24,424 nucleotides of DNA from a virus (Duplodnaviria > Caudoviricetes): positions 1 through 24,424 of IMG/VR virus record IMGVR_UViG_3300021087_000075; one strand, 5' to 3'. A model generated the notes under the pieces. The model did not search any database. It was not told where the DNA came from and was given only the letters and a program-made list of their open reading frames with translations. The number at the start of each line of letters is the position of its first letter. Position 1 is the first letter of the stretch. A program made the translations under genes and the position numbers. This document shows positions 8,920 through 17,958 of the stretch, piece by piece.

Positions 8920-9479
8920 TGTGCGATCTCCATTACTTCCATCACAGCGTCTGCTGTCCCTCCATTGCCATTATTTATTCTCCACGAGTTATTTGATCCG
9001 CCATATAGTCTTCCTTGAAGTTGATAGGTAATCGCAGATGTTGTATTAGGTTCATCTATGTAGCTTAGAGTAAAAGGAGGATAAAGATCAGTAGTAGCCC
9101 AACCCATATTATAATAGTTCATCCAACTGCCATTAGTAAGTTCAGTGCTACCTCTCATAAGTCTATGATCCTGCGCAGATTGATTTGATCCATTAGCATT
9201 ATTAAGGACAGTTTTAGCCCAAATACAAATAACAATTCTTGAATTAGTATGTTTTGGTGTAATTGTAACAGTAAACCCTGATGCATCTGTATAGGAAGCA
9301 GAGCTAAAGGTTGTTTCTGCTGAAGGTTTAACTGTTTTTAATTGAATTATTTGATCAGCGCTAGGTACAAGCGTTGCTGCACTAGCATCTAGTGTCTGAC
9401 CACTAGGTATTAATACTGTGTCAGCATTAGCTCCACTTGTAGGACCTCGTAATGTTTGAACTGTTAATTCACTTGCCAT
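8916..9479 (-). CDS. Short fibre-tip-like structural protein, paralogue 1 (187 aa)
   Basis: QIIQ...VTITPKHTNSRI...IDEPNTTSAITYQ...MEIAQ; AGGA RBS. Confidence 0.7.
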   Translation of the reverse strand: MASELTVQTLRGPTSGANADTVLIPSGQTLDASAATLVPSADQIIQLKTVKPSAETTFSSASYTDASGFTVTITPKHTNSRIVICIWAKTVLNNANGSNQSAQDHRLMRGSTELTNGSWMNYYNMGWATTDLYPPFTLSYIDEPNTTSAITYQLQGRLYGGSNNSWRINNGNGGTADAVMEVMEIAQ

Positions 9480-9488
9480 ATTCCTACC

Positions 9489-9701
9489 TTAAACTATAGT
9501 TAATGTACCATTGACCGTTATATCACCCGTAGCGGTAAATGGACCAATGATCATTGCGTTGTCTGTTGATGCAATAGTAAAGTCATCTGCACTACTATTT
9601 GCATTTTGATATACTTTTGCAGTCACGGCAGTTGTAGCACCAAAGTCAATGTCTTCACTGCTTGCTGTGATTGCGCCGTTTGAATTTAATACTAATGCCA
9701 T
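9489..9701 (-). CDS. Small structural/adaptor-like protein (about 70 aa)
   Basis: Likely start MALVLNSNG at 9701 (AGGA upstream). C-terminus VYQNAN...FTI...NAMIIGPFT...VNGTLTIV resembles the C-terminus of 11439..11837. Confidence 0.65.
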   Translation of the reverse strand: MALVLNSNGAITASSEDIDFGATTAVTAKVYQNANSSADDFTIASTDNAMIIGPFTATGDITVNGTLTIV

Positions 9702-9706
9702 TTTTT

Positions 9707-10666
9707 TTATCCTAATAAATGCCCAAACCAATAAGATTTTCTATTGCCAGTTGATCCACCTTGTATGTAAACTGTATTGCTCGAAGATAATTCAGCATCA
9801 ACATACATTTCTACATAATCTCCTGTATTTAAATATTGAACAGCAGTTCCTGAAGCTCCAGGATGATCGTAACCACTACTACCATCATAATCATTTGTAC
9901 CGCCTACAGACATTAAATCTCGTCGCCGTGAGCCATTTAGATATATCTGAAATCTAGCAACTCGTATTTTTCCAGGTGCACCAATTCTAAGATGACCTCC
10001 AAAAAGATAATACCCTGATACTGGAGCAGTAAATCTTTGATTAGTAGCATCGAAGTGGCTACCTACATTATGATCTCCTGCATAAAAGCAAGTAACTTTA
10101 CCTCCTGCACTTATAGCAAAATCACTACCATTATTCCAAAACTGAAACCCTGGCTGGTTAGGAGTTGTAACATATCCATCATTAGTAATACGCATGCGTT
10201 CGGCACCACCAGAACCAGAATTTAATCTAGTTCTAAAGGTAAGGTCTACTTTACTAGCAGAGTTAGCACCTGCTCCAATCTCAAATATTTCTGAATCGTC
10301 TGCAGCATTTGTTGATTGCAATATGATGTGTGTATCACCTGCATCTGCAATATGTAGTTTTCTAAGAGGAGTAGATGTTCCAACACCAACATAGCCATTC
10401 GAGCCAACACGCATACGTTCTGTAGCACCGCCTGTGTCAAAAATAAGAGTACCGCTGCTTCTTACTCGACCTGCTCCTGTTGATAACAAACTAAGTGTTG
10501 CACCAGTAGTATTTTCTATTATTATTCCGGTATCATTTGACTTTTGTAAGTGCAGTCTATCGCTAGGAGAACCTGTGCCAATACCGACATTACCATTGGA
10601 AGCTAATGCAATATTATCGCCCGAGTTATCAGGATGTTTTATGTTTTCTAATTCTAATGTTGACAT
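9707..10666 (-). CDS. Short fibre with C-terminal C1q-like domain (319 aa)
   Basis: GNVGIGT and ERMR motifs; QPGF...HFDATNQRFTAPVSGYYLF...LNTGDYVEMY...FGHLLG. Confidence 0.78.
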   Translation of the reverse strand: MSTLELENIKHPDNSGDNIALASNGNVGIGTGSPSDRLHLQKSNDTGIIIENTTGATLSLLSTGAGRVRSSGTLIFDTGGATERMRVGSNGYVGVGTSTPLRKLHIADAGDTHIILQSTNAADDSEIFEIGAGANSASKVDLTFRTRLNSGSGGAERMRITNDGYVTTPNQPGFQFWNNGSDFAISAGGKVTCFYAGDHNVGSHFDATNQRFTAPVSGYYLFGGHLRIGAPGKIRVARFQIYLNGSRRRDLMSVGGTNDYDGSSGYDHPGASGTAVQYLNTGDYVEMYVDAELSSSNTVYIQGGSTGNRKSYWFGHLLG

Positions 10667-10670
10667 ATTA

Positions 10671-11438
10671 TTATCCTATTAAGTGTCCTGAATAAAACGA
10701 CCAATGATTTGTAGCAGAATGATCTAATTTTGAAGAGCCATTACTTGCATGCAAAAACAGATCTATATAATCATTAGCGTCTAAATCTATTATAACATTT
10801 TGAAGTATAAGTTGAATCCAAACATTGCCTGCATCTGTCCTTTGAGTGTAAGCATAGTACTGTCCTGATCCGCCATTTTTTACTACTCTCCAATAATATG
10901 TCCCAGTCCCAGAATAATGAAAAATATTCCCACCTGCGCTAAATTGATATCTACCAGCAACAGGTGCAGTAAACCTGTTTGTACTAAGGTTATAATGTCC
11001 TCCGATATTATGCAGAGCAACGTCCCAATTTATTATAGCACCACTTCCAGCATCTAATCCAGTTTGAGCAGTGGTTTTCTTAACAGTAAACGATGGCTGC
11101 TTAGGCGTCACAACACGGCCTGATGAATCGATTTTAAAGAATATATTAGAAAAATTACTATCAGCAACCGTCATACCATTACCACTCAATGGTACATTAA
11201 GCCAACCTGCAGCAGCACTTTTTATATAATTGTTACTGCCATCATGATATAGCTGCAAATCATTTCCAGCACCAAGATTAACTTTATTATTATCACCAAA
11301 GGACATATCTGCACTAAATGTATTAGCAGCATTCTTCTGTGGAACTTGATCAAGGTCTAGTGTAGAACTACTAGCAGCATTCGGTGCTTCTAGGTCTACA
11401 TAACCTGAGCTATCACCATTGATTCTTAACTTAGCCAT
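10671..11438 (-). CDS. Short fibre with C-terminal C1q-like domain (255 aa)
   Basis: 'FGDNNK...DLQLYHDGSN' module; QPSF...YNLSTNRFTAPVAGRYQF...LDANDYIDLF...SGHLIG. Confidence 0.78.
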   Translation of the reverse strand: MAKLRINGDSSGYVDLEAPNAASSSTLDLDQVPQKNAANTFSADMSFGDNNKVNLGAGNDLQLYHDGSNNYIKSAAAGWLNVPLSGNGMTVADSNFSNIFFKIDSSGRVVTPKQPSFTVKKTTAQTGLDAGSGAIINWDVALHNIGGHYNLSTNRFTAPVAGRYQFSAGGNIFHYSGTGTYYWRVVKNGGSGQYYAYTQRTDAGNVWIQLILQNVIIDLDANDYIDLFLHASNGSSKLDHSATNHWSFYSGHLIG

Positions 11439-11837
11439 TTATACAATTACCCATCTTGATCCGCTAGGAATAGTTACTGTTACGCTGGTATCCAGCGTAA
11501 CTGGTCCAGCACTCATTGCAGATTTATTTGTTGTTATAGTATAGTTGCTTGATACAATTTGAGCATTTTCATAAAACACATCTTGCTGAGCGCCAACAAT
11601 CAAGTTACCTGAACCTAGAATAGAAGCACCGTTCACACTTTTAATATGCGTACCAGATACTAATGTATCTTGTTTATTTGTTACTGCATTAACTTCTGAT
11701 TGAACTGCGGTATGCAATTTACCAAGAGTAATCTCGCCATCAGGAATATCAGCAATAGTGATACCACCAGTTGCGATACTTCCAGCATCTACCGATCCAT
11801 CAGCTAAAACCGCATTTGATATTTTCTGAATAGCCAT
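11439..11837 (-). CDS. Small structural/adaptor-like protein (132 aa)
   Basis: 'KQDTLVSGTHIKSVNGASILGSGN' fibre motif; C-terminal FYENAQ...YTITTNKSAMSAGPVT...IPSGSRWVIV. Confidence 0.65.
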   Translation of the reverse strand: MAIQKISNAVLADGSVDAGSIATGGITIADIPDGEITLGKLHTAVQSEVNAVTNKQDTLVSGTHIKSVNGASILGSGNLIVGAQQDVFYENAQIVSSNYTITTNKSAMSAGPVTLDTSVTVTIPSGSRWVIV

Positions 11838-11847
11838 TGTTTATTCC

Positions 11848-12129
11848 TTATGGTGTTTCTTGTGCATCCATTGCTGTTTGGTATGCAGTCTTTACTGCGC
11901 TTGTCCAAACTGCGTTACAGATAGCTTGTACTTCTGTTGATTGATCTGAGATGTCTGTGTCACCCCATGTATCACCTGATTTAGTTGAACAAGATAAGAC
12001 GTGACGATGGAATGATCTGCTGATCTCTGTGCCATCTCTAGCAATCACATTAGCTGTACGAACTTGCACATGCTTGTGATCTCCTACGACTTCAATTTTA
12101 TCTTCAACTTGTGTTTCTGTTAGTGCCAT
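11848..12129 (-). CDS. Small conserved phage protein, probable partner of the upstream fibre (93 aa)
   Basis: Strong RBS (AAGGAGG); MALTET..EDKIEVVG...QVRTA...DG.EISRSFHRHV...EVQAICNAVWT motif, which I recall downstream of fibres ending in an 'LDDYEEGTWTP' domain. Confidence 0.7.
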   Translation of the reverse strand: MALTETQVEDKIEVVGDHKHVQVRTANVIARDGTEISRSFHRHVLSCSTKSGDTWGDTDISDQSTEVQAICNAVWTSAVKTAYQTAMDAQETP

Positions 12130-12190
12130 ATTGGCCTCCTTTGTTTATCGTGGCGTTGTTGCCACCTGTCCGACCCAATCTCTGAAAGGG

Positions 12191-14341
12191 TTATTGGTCT
12201 GTATGATAAGTGAACTGTCCTCTAAGAACAGTGCTGGCTTGTATATGATCTGAAGCATTTTGACCTGTAGCACCATTAAGATTTACAATCCTATACCTTG
12301 TATTAAAACGTCCTTGCAATGCTAGGCTTCCCGTCATGCTGTTTGTTAAATTAGTATAAGCAATGTTAGGCCCACCTCCGCTTGCTGTGTTTATAGTGAA
12401 GGGCATACCTTCTAATTGAATAGCTCTACTAGAATTTGTTCCTGTAACGCTATTAATGGTTACATCAAAAACTAAGGATACAAGCCTTCCTATCTTAGTG
12501 TAAGATGCATGGTTTACTGTAATACTAGCAGCTGCTGCATTTTCTACTAATATTGAAGGTGTCCAAGTCCCTTCTTCATAATCGTCCAACTTATTAGAAC
12601 GACTGTCAAACTGAATGCCACCTGATAGGTAAACGTCACGAAATTTGTAAGTTGCTGAGCCAATATCAACTTCCGCACTAGAAAAAGCATTATTCTTTCG
12701 TGGTTCAACTGCCACAGCAGTACGGCTAAATCCAATACCCGCTAGGTTTGCACCACCCGAACTCTGTATATAAAGCCGCCCATTATCAGAACCAATATCA
12801 CCTACTCCAGCACCGTCTTTGTAAAAGTTTAAAGCAGTACCATTTGAAGAGTTTCTGTTTATAGCCATAGGTGTACCACTACGGCTTACATAAGTTTCTC
12901 CATTTTGACGTGCTTCAAAACCATCTACATTATAACCAGCACTCGTCTTACCCACCAACAAGTTGCCTGACGAGTCGATGCGCATACGCACTTCGTTGTT
13001 TACAGTAAAACGCATACTGTTGTCAGAATGTGCATAATCTAAAATGCCAATGTTGCTGTCGTCAGGGTCGGCAAACATTATGCGACTGTAGTCTGTGTTT
13101 TGAGCAGTAAGTGCTAAAACGGCTTGTCCAACTGTACCATCATCATATATTTCTAGTTGTCTACTAGGAGAACTCGTACCCAACCCAAGCCGTTCCGTAC
13201 TCGCATCCCAGAAAAACTTAGCACTTGTGCCTGTGTCCTCGTAGAAGCTGATGTCGCCGTTGTTATTTATTTTCAAGCGTTCAGAAGAATTAACTGACAC
13301 ATTAAAGCTACCGTACCCACTAGGAACTGTCAGACGGTGAGTTGCGTTGTTCTGACCAACAGTTGCTTCTGATGATAAGGTCAACTGGCGACCTGCAACG
13401 CTGTTATCACCACCAATAAAGTAAGTTGTATTAGCACCAGAGCCAGTAGAAGTCAGCCCATCGCTGGTCACTGTGCCTGTTACGTCTATGCCTATTGATG
13501 TCGTGGCTAACTTTTCTGAGCCATTATAATAGAGTTTTACATCACCGTCTATATTAGCAAGAATCATATTCTCACCATCAGTTTTTTCTAACACAATAGC
13601 AGGACCAGCAGACTGCAATACTAAAGCACCAGTACCGGTTTCTTTGACATAACTATTCCCCCCATCATGGTAAATCTGTAGGTCACTTCCCTCTCCAAAT
13701 ACTGCTTTGGCATTATCATCAAAATTTAAGTTACCGTTTAAAGTAGCAAGTTGATTTGAAGTAATGGAGTCTGCTGCAGGAATATAAACACCAGACTGAA
13801 CACCTAAGTGGACAACTCTAACATTTGTGGTATTTGGAAGTGCAGGTGAAATAGTAAGTGTCGTACCTGCTACAGAATATGCAGTAGAAGGCTGAACAAT
13901 ACCATCAACACTAAGAAGCAAAGAATTAGAACCAATTGTTGCTCGTGTTAATGTATAAGTTGTCTGTGAACCATTCGCTGTAAATGTTTCTTCAAGATAA
14001 TCTTTAAGAGATGAATCAAGTTTAGAAGCTGTGACAGAACCGTCTGTTGGAGTAGTTGTACCACCAACACCACCAAGCAAAACAATATGACAAGTGTCAG
14101 TAGATGCTGGAGCAGATGCGAATACAATACTACCACCGCCGATACCTAAAGTATATGCAGCGCCAGGTTCCTGAATAATACCATTCAGTGAGACAATAAG
14201 TTGTGTTGCGTCTCCAACTGATTGGTTAACTGTACTATAATCCAAATCGAACTGAGTTAATGATCCGTTGAAAGACGAAGCAATAGAGTCTAATTTCTTA
14301 AACTCACCAGCAGATGGCTGATTTCCTATGTAGTTACTCAT
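12191..14341 (-). CDS. Tail fibre-like protein (716 aa)
   Basis: N-terminal YIGNQP, two 'F.G..T..L...V..GI.Q.P..Y' beta-sandwich-like repeats, DLQIYHDG module, RMRIDSSGN, C-terminal 'LDDYEEGTWTP...YTKIGRLV' domain. Confidence 0.78.
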   Translation of the reverse strand: MSNYIGNQPSAGEFKKLDSIASSFNGSLTQFDLDYSTVNQSVGDATQLIVSLNGIIQEPGAAYTLGIGGGSIVFASAPASTDTCHIVLLGGVGGTTTPTDGSVTASKLDSSLKDYLEETFTANGSQTTYTLTRATIGSNSLLLSVDGIVQPSTAYSVAGTTLTISPALPNTTNVRVVHLGVQSGVYIPAADSITSNQLATLNGNLNFDDNAKAVFGEGSDLQIYHDGGNSYVKETGTGALVLQSAGPAIVLEKTDGENMILANIDGDVKLYYNGSEKLATTSIGIDVTGTVTSDGLTSTGSGANTTYFIGGDNSVAGRQLTLSSEATVGQNNATHRLTVPSGYGSFNVSVNSSERLKINNNGDISFYEDTGTSAKFFWDASTERLGLGTSSPSRQLEIYDDGTVGQAVLALTAQNTDYSRIMFADPDDSNIGILDYAHSDNSMRFTVNNEVRMRIDSSGNLLVGKTSAGYNVDGFEARQNGETYVSRSGTPMAINRNSSNGTALNFYKDGAGVGDIGSDNGRLYIQSSGGANLAGIGFSRTAVAVEPRKNNAFSSAEVDIGSATYKFRDVYLSGGIQFDSRSNKLDDYEEGTWTPSILVENAAAASITVNHASYTKIGRLVSLVFDVTINSVTGTNSSRAIQLEGMPFTINTASGGGPNIAYTNLTNSMTGSLALQGRFNTRYRIVNLNGATGQNASDHIQASTVLRGQFTYHTDQ

Positions 14342-14360
14342 TGAGTTCCCTATCCCTCAA
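14341..14360 (-). promoter_or_regulatory. Putative translational-operator stem-loop over the RBS (UUGAG-GGAUAGGGAA-CUCAA[UG])
   Basis: 5-bp stem ending in the A of the AUG; 16/18 identity with 5383-5400. Confidence 0.5.
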
Positions 14361-14371
14361 GTTCTTTTAGT

Positions 14372-14379
14372 TATTTATA
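14372..14379 (-). promoter_or_regulatory. T4-type late promoter TATAAATA
   Basis: Exact consensus, intergenic, upstream of ATG 14341. Confidence 0.85.
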
Positions 14380-14393
14380 ATACTTATTCTTCA

Positions 14394-16262
14394 CTACCAT
14401 GTAGTTATATTAATACTTCCCCCGCCACGGGCTCCTTGAACAACAAAAGAACCATCACCAGAAGAACCAGATGCGTTAAAGTCCCATCTATAATTGCCAC
14501 CAGATACACTAAAACTATAATTTACAGTACCATCACTTGTTCTTGAAGCTATAGTAGTTGAGTATCCAGCATTATTATTGTTATTAATATACCCTTCCCA
14601 ATATACTAAACAACTACCGCCGTTTGTACGTTGAGCCATAATTCTTACATGAGCTGATTCATAGTTACCTAGCTGTATTTCTACTCTACGATTATAGTTG
14701 CCAATTCCAAAGGTTCCATGTCTAAGTTCCATTCCTTGAATTGACATTTCTCTTGAGACTATAGATATTTTACCGCCTTGGCTTCCGTCTATCTTCAATG
14801 CTGAAGTTACAGCACCACCAGAATTATTAACATCAAAGTGCATATCAGTAGTATTAACAGCACCTTGAGTTTTAACTCGTATTCCTGCTTGTCCATCTTG
14901 TGTGTTATTAGAGAAAGTAATTTCACCTATTTGCTGGTCGCTATTACTGTCTAATCTTTTTATAGCAATACCTTGGCCACCACCTGACGCAGGAGTAGTA
15001 ATAGTCATCGCTTGATTATCTGCTTGCTGTAATGCAGCACCAGCGTAACCTATTTCAAAAGATCCATTTGACTTTAGTCTTAATCGTTCTGTATCACTAG
15101 TACCAGTTGAAACTGTTAAGAATCCTGTTACTATTCTAAGATTTGAACTTGCGCTTGTCGCATGGTACAAGCTTTTAATTGTTTGTACAGTATGGCCAGA
15201 ATTATTATGCGAAATTAAAAGTCCAGCACCACCACCAATTTTTACATCACCGTTACCTGTACTTCCTGCTTGTACGTGTAACAGGTGAGTAGGACTTATC
15301 CCAATACCAACGTTGCCCGAATCTAAGAATGTAACTAAAGTTGCGTTTGCTTGACTTTTTATTACTAAACCTCTAGATGGCTCACCACTACCTCGATAAT
15401 AACCAAAATCCATATAGCGAACATCTTCGCCTTCAGTTCCATATCTTGTTAAAGCATATTGACTCCACGCTAAACTAGAATTTCGTATACTTTGTATAGG
15501 ATTCGATCCTGCATCGTTTACTATATTTAATGGTCTTGCAGGAGCATCTGTACCAATACCAACATTGCCTGAGTTGTCGATGCGCATACGTTCTGATGAG
15601 CCAGTAGCAAATCGTATATCTGATGCTCGAAACCCAAGCGGTCTTAATGCTGAACCTGCTGAATTAACAGATTGCATTGCAAAGGTTCCTGTACCAACCT
15701 CACTAATAGCATTAGAGGTATACATTTTTGCATCTGTACCAGCAGTTATATCAAGTTGAACAGCATTGACTGTACCTGATAAGTGAAGGGCTTTGAACCT
15801 TGCACCGGTTGTACCAATATTAATTCCACCATCTCTAGTACTGTTGGTTGATATATTATGTGGAACAAGGTTGTCAGAACCATCCTGAAAACGTAAGGCT
15901 ACATCGCCTGTACCAATCGTTAGATCACTACCTACAGTCCCAACAATACCTACTGCTGCACCATCTTTAAGAAACTTTATAATATCACCATCTGAGTTCA
16001 GGCGATTTAACAAAAGCGTATCACTATCAGTTCTAGCAATACGAATACTATCTGGGTGTATATTTACACCATCGTTTCCACTACCAGAATTATTAGCAAC
16101 ATTAGTATCAACAGTACCTACTAATACATTACCTGTTGTATTCAATGTACTCAGCGTAGGAAGCGTAACCGTTTTGGTGCTAAGATCCATATCGGTGTGC
16201 AATTTATCATGTGTAACCGCTAAGTCGGGAATACCGCTTGTCTGGATCTTAGTAATGGACAT
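14394..16262 (-). CDS. Tail fibre-like protein (622 aa)
   Basis: 'VTHDKLHTDMDLSTKT' N-terminal module, 'NRLNSDG...FLKDG', 'ARFKALHLSG', several ERMRIDNSGNVGIG repeats; beta-rich tip of unknown fold. Confidence 0.75.
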   Translation of the reverse strand: MSITKIQTSGIPDLAVTHDKLHTDMDLSTKTVTLPTLSTLNTTGNVLVGTVDTNVANNSGSGNDGVNIHPDSIRIARTDSDTLLLNRLNSDGDIIKFLKDGAAVGIVGTVGSDLTIGTGDVALRFQDGSDNLVPHNISTNSTRDGGINIGTTGARFKALHLSGTVNAVQLDITAGTDAKMYTSNAISEVGTGTFAMQSVNSAGSALRPLGFRASDIRFATGSSERMRIDNSGNVGIGTDAPARPLNIVNDAGSNPIQSIRNSSLAWSQYALTRYGTEGEDVRYMDFGYYRGSGEPSRGLVIKSQANATLVTFLDSGNVGIGISPTHLLHVQAGSTGNGDVKIGGGAGLLISHNNSGHTVQTIKSLYHATSASSNLRIVTGFLTVSTGTSDTERLRLKSNGSFEIGYAGAALQQADNQAMTITTPASGGGQGIAIKRLDSNSDQQIGEITFSNNTQDGQAGIRVKTQGAVNTTDMHFDVNNSGGAVTSALKIDGSQGGKISIVSREMSIQGMELRHGTFGIGNYNRRVEIQLGNYESAHVRIMAQRTNGGSCLVYWEGYINNNNNAGYSTTIASRTSDGTVNYSFSVSGGNYRWDFNASGSSGDGSFVVQGARGGGSINITTW

Positions 16263-16272
16263 TAGTTATTTC

Positions 16273-16545
16273 CTATTCTGGTGTGTCTTCAGCTGCTGCT
16301 GCATTACGTGCTTCTGCTGTTTGTACAACATTTAATTCAAATGCTTGTGCTACCTGAGCTTCTTTACCTACAGCCATAGCGATTTCATTATCGTTACAGT
16401 GAGTCATAAGCATACCACAAATCTCATCGATTGCGATACGTGCTCGGTTTGTTACTGCGTTATCAGCCCAGTCTTGTGGACTAAGGGCAGCGTACTGCAT
16501 AGCTTTAAGCTCTGTTGCAGTTACTTCAATTGTTATTGTTGCCAT
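16273..16545 (-). CDS. Small helical phage protein, probable fibre partner (90 aa)
   Basis: AGGAG RBS, own late promoter; motif 'ALSPQDWADNAVTNRARIAIDEI'. Function unknown. Confidence 0.7.
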   Translation of the reverse strand: MATITIEVTATELKAMQYAALSPQDWADNAVTNRARIAIDEICGMLMTHCNDNEIAMAVGKEAQVAQAFELNVVQTAEARNAAAAEDTPE

Positions 16546-16579
16546 TTTAAATTCTCCTAAGTGACAAGATTAATAGTGT

Positions 16580-16587
16580 TATTTATA
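16580..16587 (-). promoter_or_regulatory. T4-type late promoter TATAAATA
   Basis: Exact consensus, intergenic, upstream of ATG 16545. Confidence 0.85.
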
Positions 16588-16591
16588 TAAG

Positions 16592-16765
16592 TTATTCTGC
16601 ATCTGCAATGGTTAGAGTACCAGCTTCAACTTGCTTGAGTATCTCTGCGTAGTGCCTGTTGGCCGAGTTTAGCGGGACAAACATCTCTTGTCCGTCTATT
16701 GTTGCTTTGACTGAAGAGTTGTTACCACCCATATCAGTAGTGTATTGCGCTGTTGTAATGTTCAT
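16592..16765 (-). CDS. Small conserved phage protein, probable partner of the upstream protein (about 57 aa)
   Basis: Likely start MNITTAQY at 16765 (GGAG upstream); motif 'VPLNSANRHYAEILKQVEAGTLTIADAE'. Confidence 0.68.
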   Translation of the reverse strand: MNITTAQYTTDMGGNNSSVKATIDGQEMFVPLNSANRHYAEILKQVEAGTLTIADAE

Positions 16766-16779
16766 ATTATCTCCCATGA

Positions 16780-17955
16780 TTATAACTCCGCATCAAAATT
16801 TATAGACCCACCTGAAACTGCCCCAAACCAGCCCATCAAGGCATTTGTATGATCTGTTCCTGGAACAAGATTAACTCTAGCAGATGTCCCATCTGGATGC
16901 GCGCTTAAAGAAACTGAAGAAACTGTATCGTATACAATACCTGGTTTATGTAACCTATCCATGCCTGTGTTAGACATAGAAGGTTCGGTTCTCATTGTAG
17001 ACATGCTGTAAACTGTTCCAGAATACTCATTATGAGTCGATCTGTTTCTAATCAGTGCTACATTTCCGTTGGTATCTTTACATTGGATAATTTGATAATA
17101 GCGCTGACACAACGCTAGTTCTTCACCGTATGATCGGTGCTCAAAGGGTGTAGCGACTTTGCCAACCTCAAACTGTACCCCTGTAATATGCCAATAATCA
17201 TTAGTAGTTTTACCCCAATGTGCAGTGTGCCCTCCAGACCAATTTCCAGTTGTGTAGGAAGACCAATTAGGAGCCTCACTCACAGTATAACTAGACCCAC
17301 TACTTAAATTAAAGTAAAATGCTAATCCATCACTATTGCTATTAAGAATGCCTGTATTAGTATCTGGTGGTATGACTAATGTAACATACTGCCAAACACC
17401 TGCGTGTTCAACTGTGTATATTGGTGCTACCACCCTGGCAGATCCAAATGTTTTATATATACTAACTGTATAGTCACCCGGCACATTTGTTCTTACCCAA
17501 AAAGATAAAGTTGTATGCTTAGCGCCAGATGTTCCATAACCAAGATGCTGAAGATCACTACCTTCTATTTTGTAAAACAAGCCAGATACTAATTCTGTTG
17601 ATCCTAATGAAGTGTCTGCTGTAGTTGCTATAATGTGGTGATAGTGAGGAAATTCTGCTAAGCCGCTATTGTTGTCTTGCCTTACTGTATAAGTACCTGA
17701 ATTGGCTTCATAGAAAGCCATTCTATCAGTAGCATAATAACCATTACTTGCAACACCTGTAGCACTAGTTCCACGCTGTGCAATCCGCATATCACCATTA
17801 ATAATCATATTCCTACGCCCAGCACTAATCAGGTTAAACTGTTCCTGTGGTGTCTCTGCAGCTAACATTGCTTGACCAGCTGTACCGCTTGGCTTATCAA
17901 GCTCACTAATCTTTTCTCTTACATTTATTTCTGGTTTACTTACTTTAACTACCAT
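16780..17955 (-). CDS. Structural protein with putative carbohydrate-binding (galactose-binding-like) domain (391 aa)
   Basis: 'RNMIINGDMRIAQRGT...TDR...TLSFWVR...W...ITGVQFEVGKVATPFEHRSYGEELALCQRYY' pattern typical of phage tail carbohydrate-binding-like proteins. Confidence 0.68.
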   Translation of the reverse strand: MVVKVSKPEINVREKISELDKPSGTAGQAMLAAETPQEQFNLISAGRRNMIINGDMRIAQRGTSATGVASNGYYATDRMAFYEANSGTYTVRQDNNSGLAEFPHYHHIIATTADTSLGSTELVSGLFYKIEGSDLQHLGYGTSGAKHTTLSFWVRTNVPGDYTVSIYKTFGSARVVAPIYTVEHAGVWQYVTLVIPPDTNTGILNSNSDGLAFYFNLSSGSSYTVSEAPNWSSYTTGNWSGGHTAHWGKTTNDYWHITGVQFEVGKVATPFEHRSYGEELALCQRYYQIIQCKDTNGNVALIRNRSTHNEYSGTVYSMSTMRTEPSMSNTGMDRLHKPGIVYDTVSSVSLSAHPDGTSARVNLVPGTDHTNALMGWFGAVSGGSINFDAEL

Positions 17956-17958
17956 CGT

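Noticed and set aside
9699-9731. A8 run between the stop of 9707..10666 and the ATG at 9701 as a frameshift or phase-variation site
   Set aside because: The run begins within the stop codon and serves as the spacer between AGGA and the ATG; no downstream stimulatory structure is evident.
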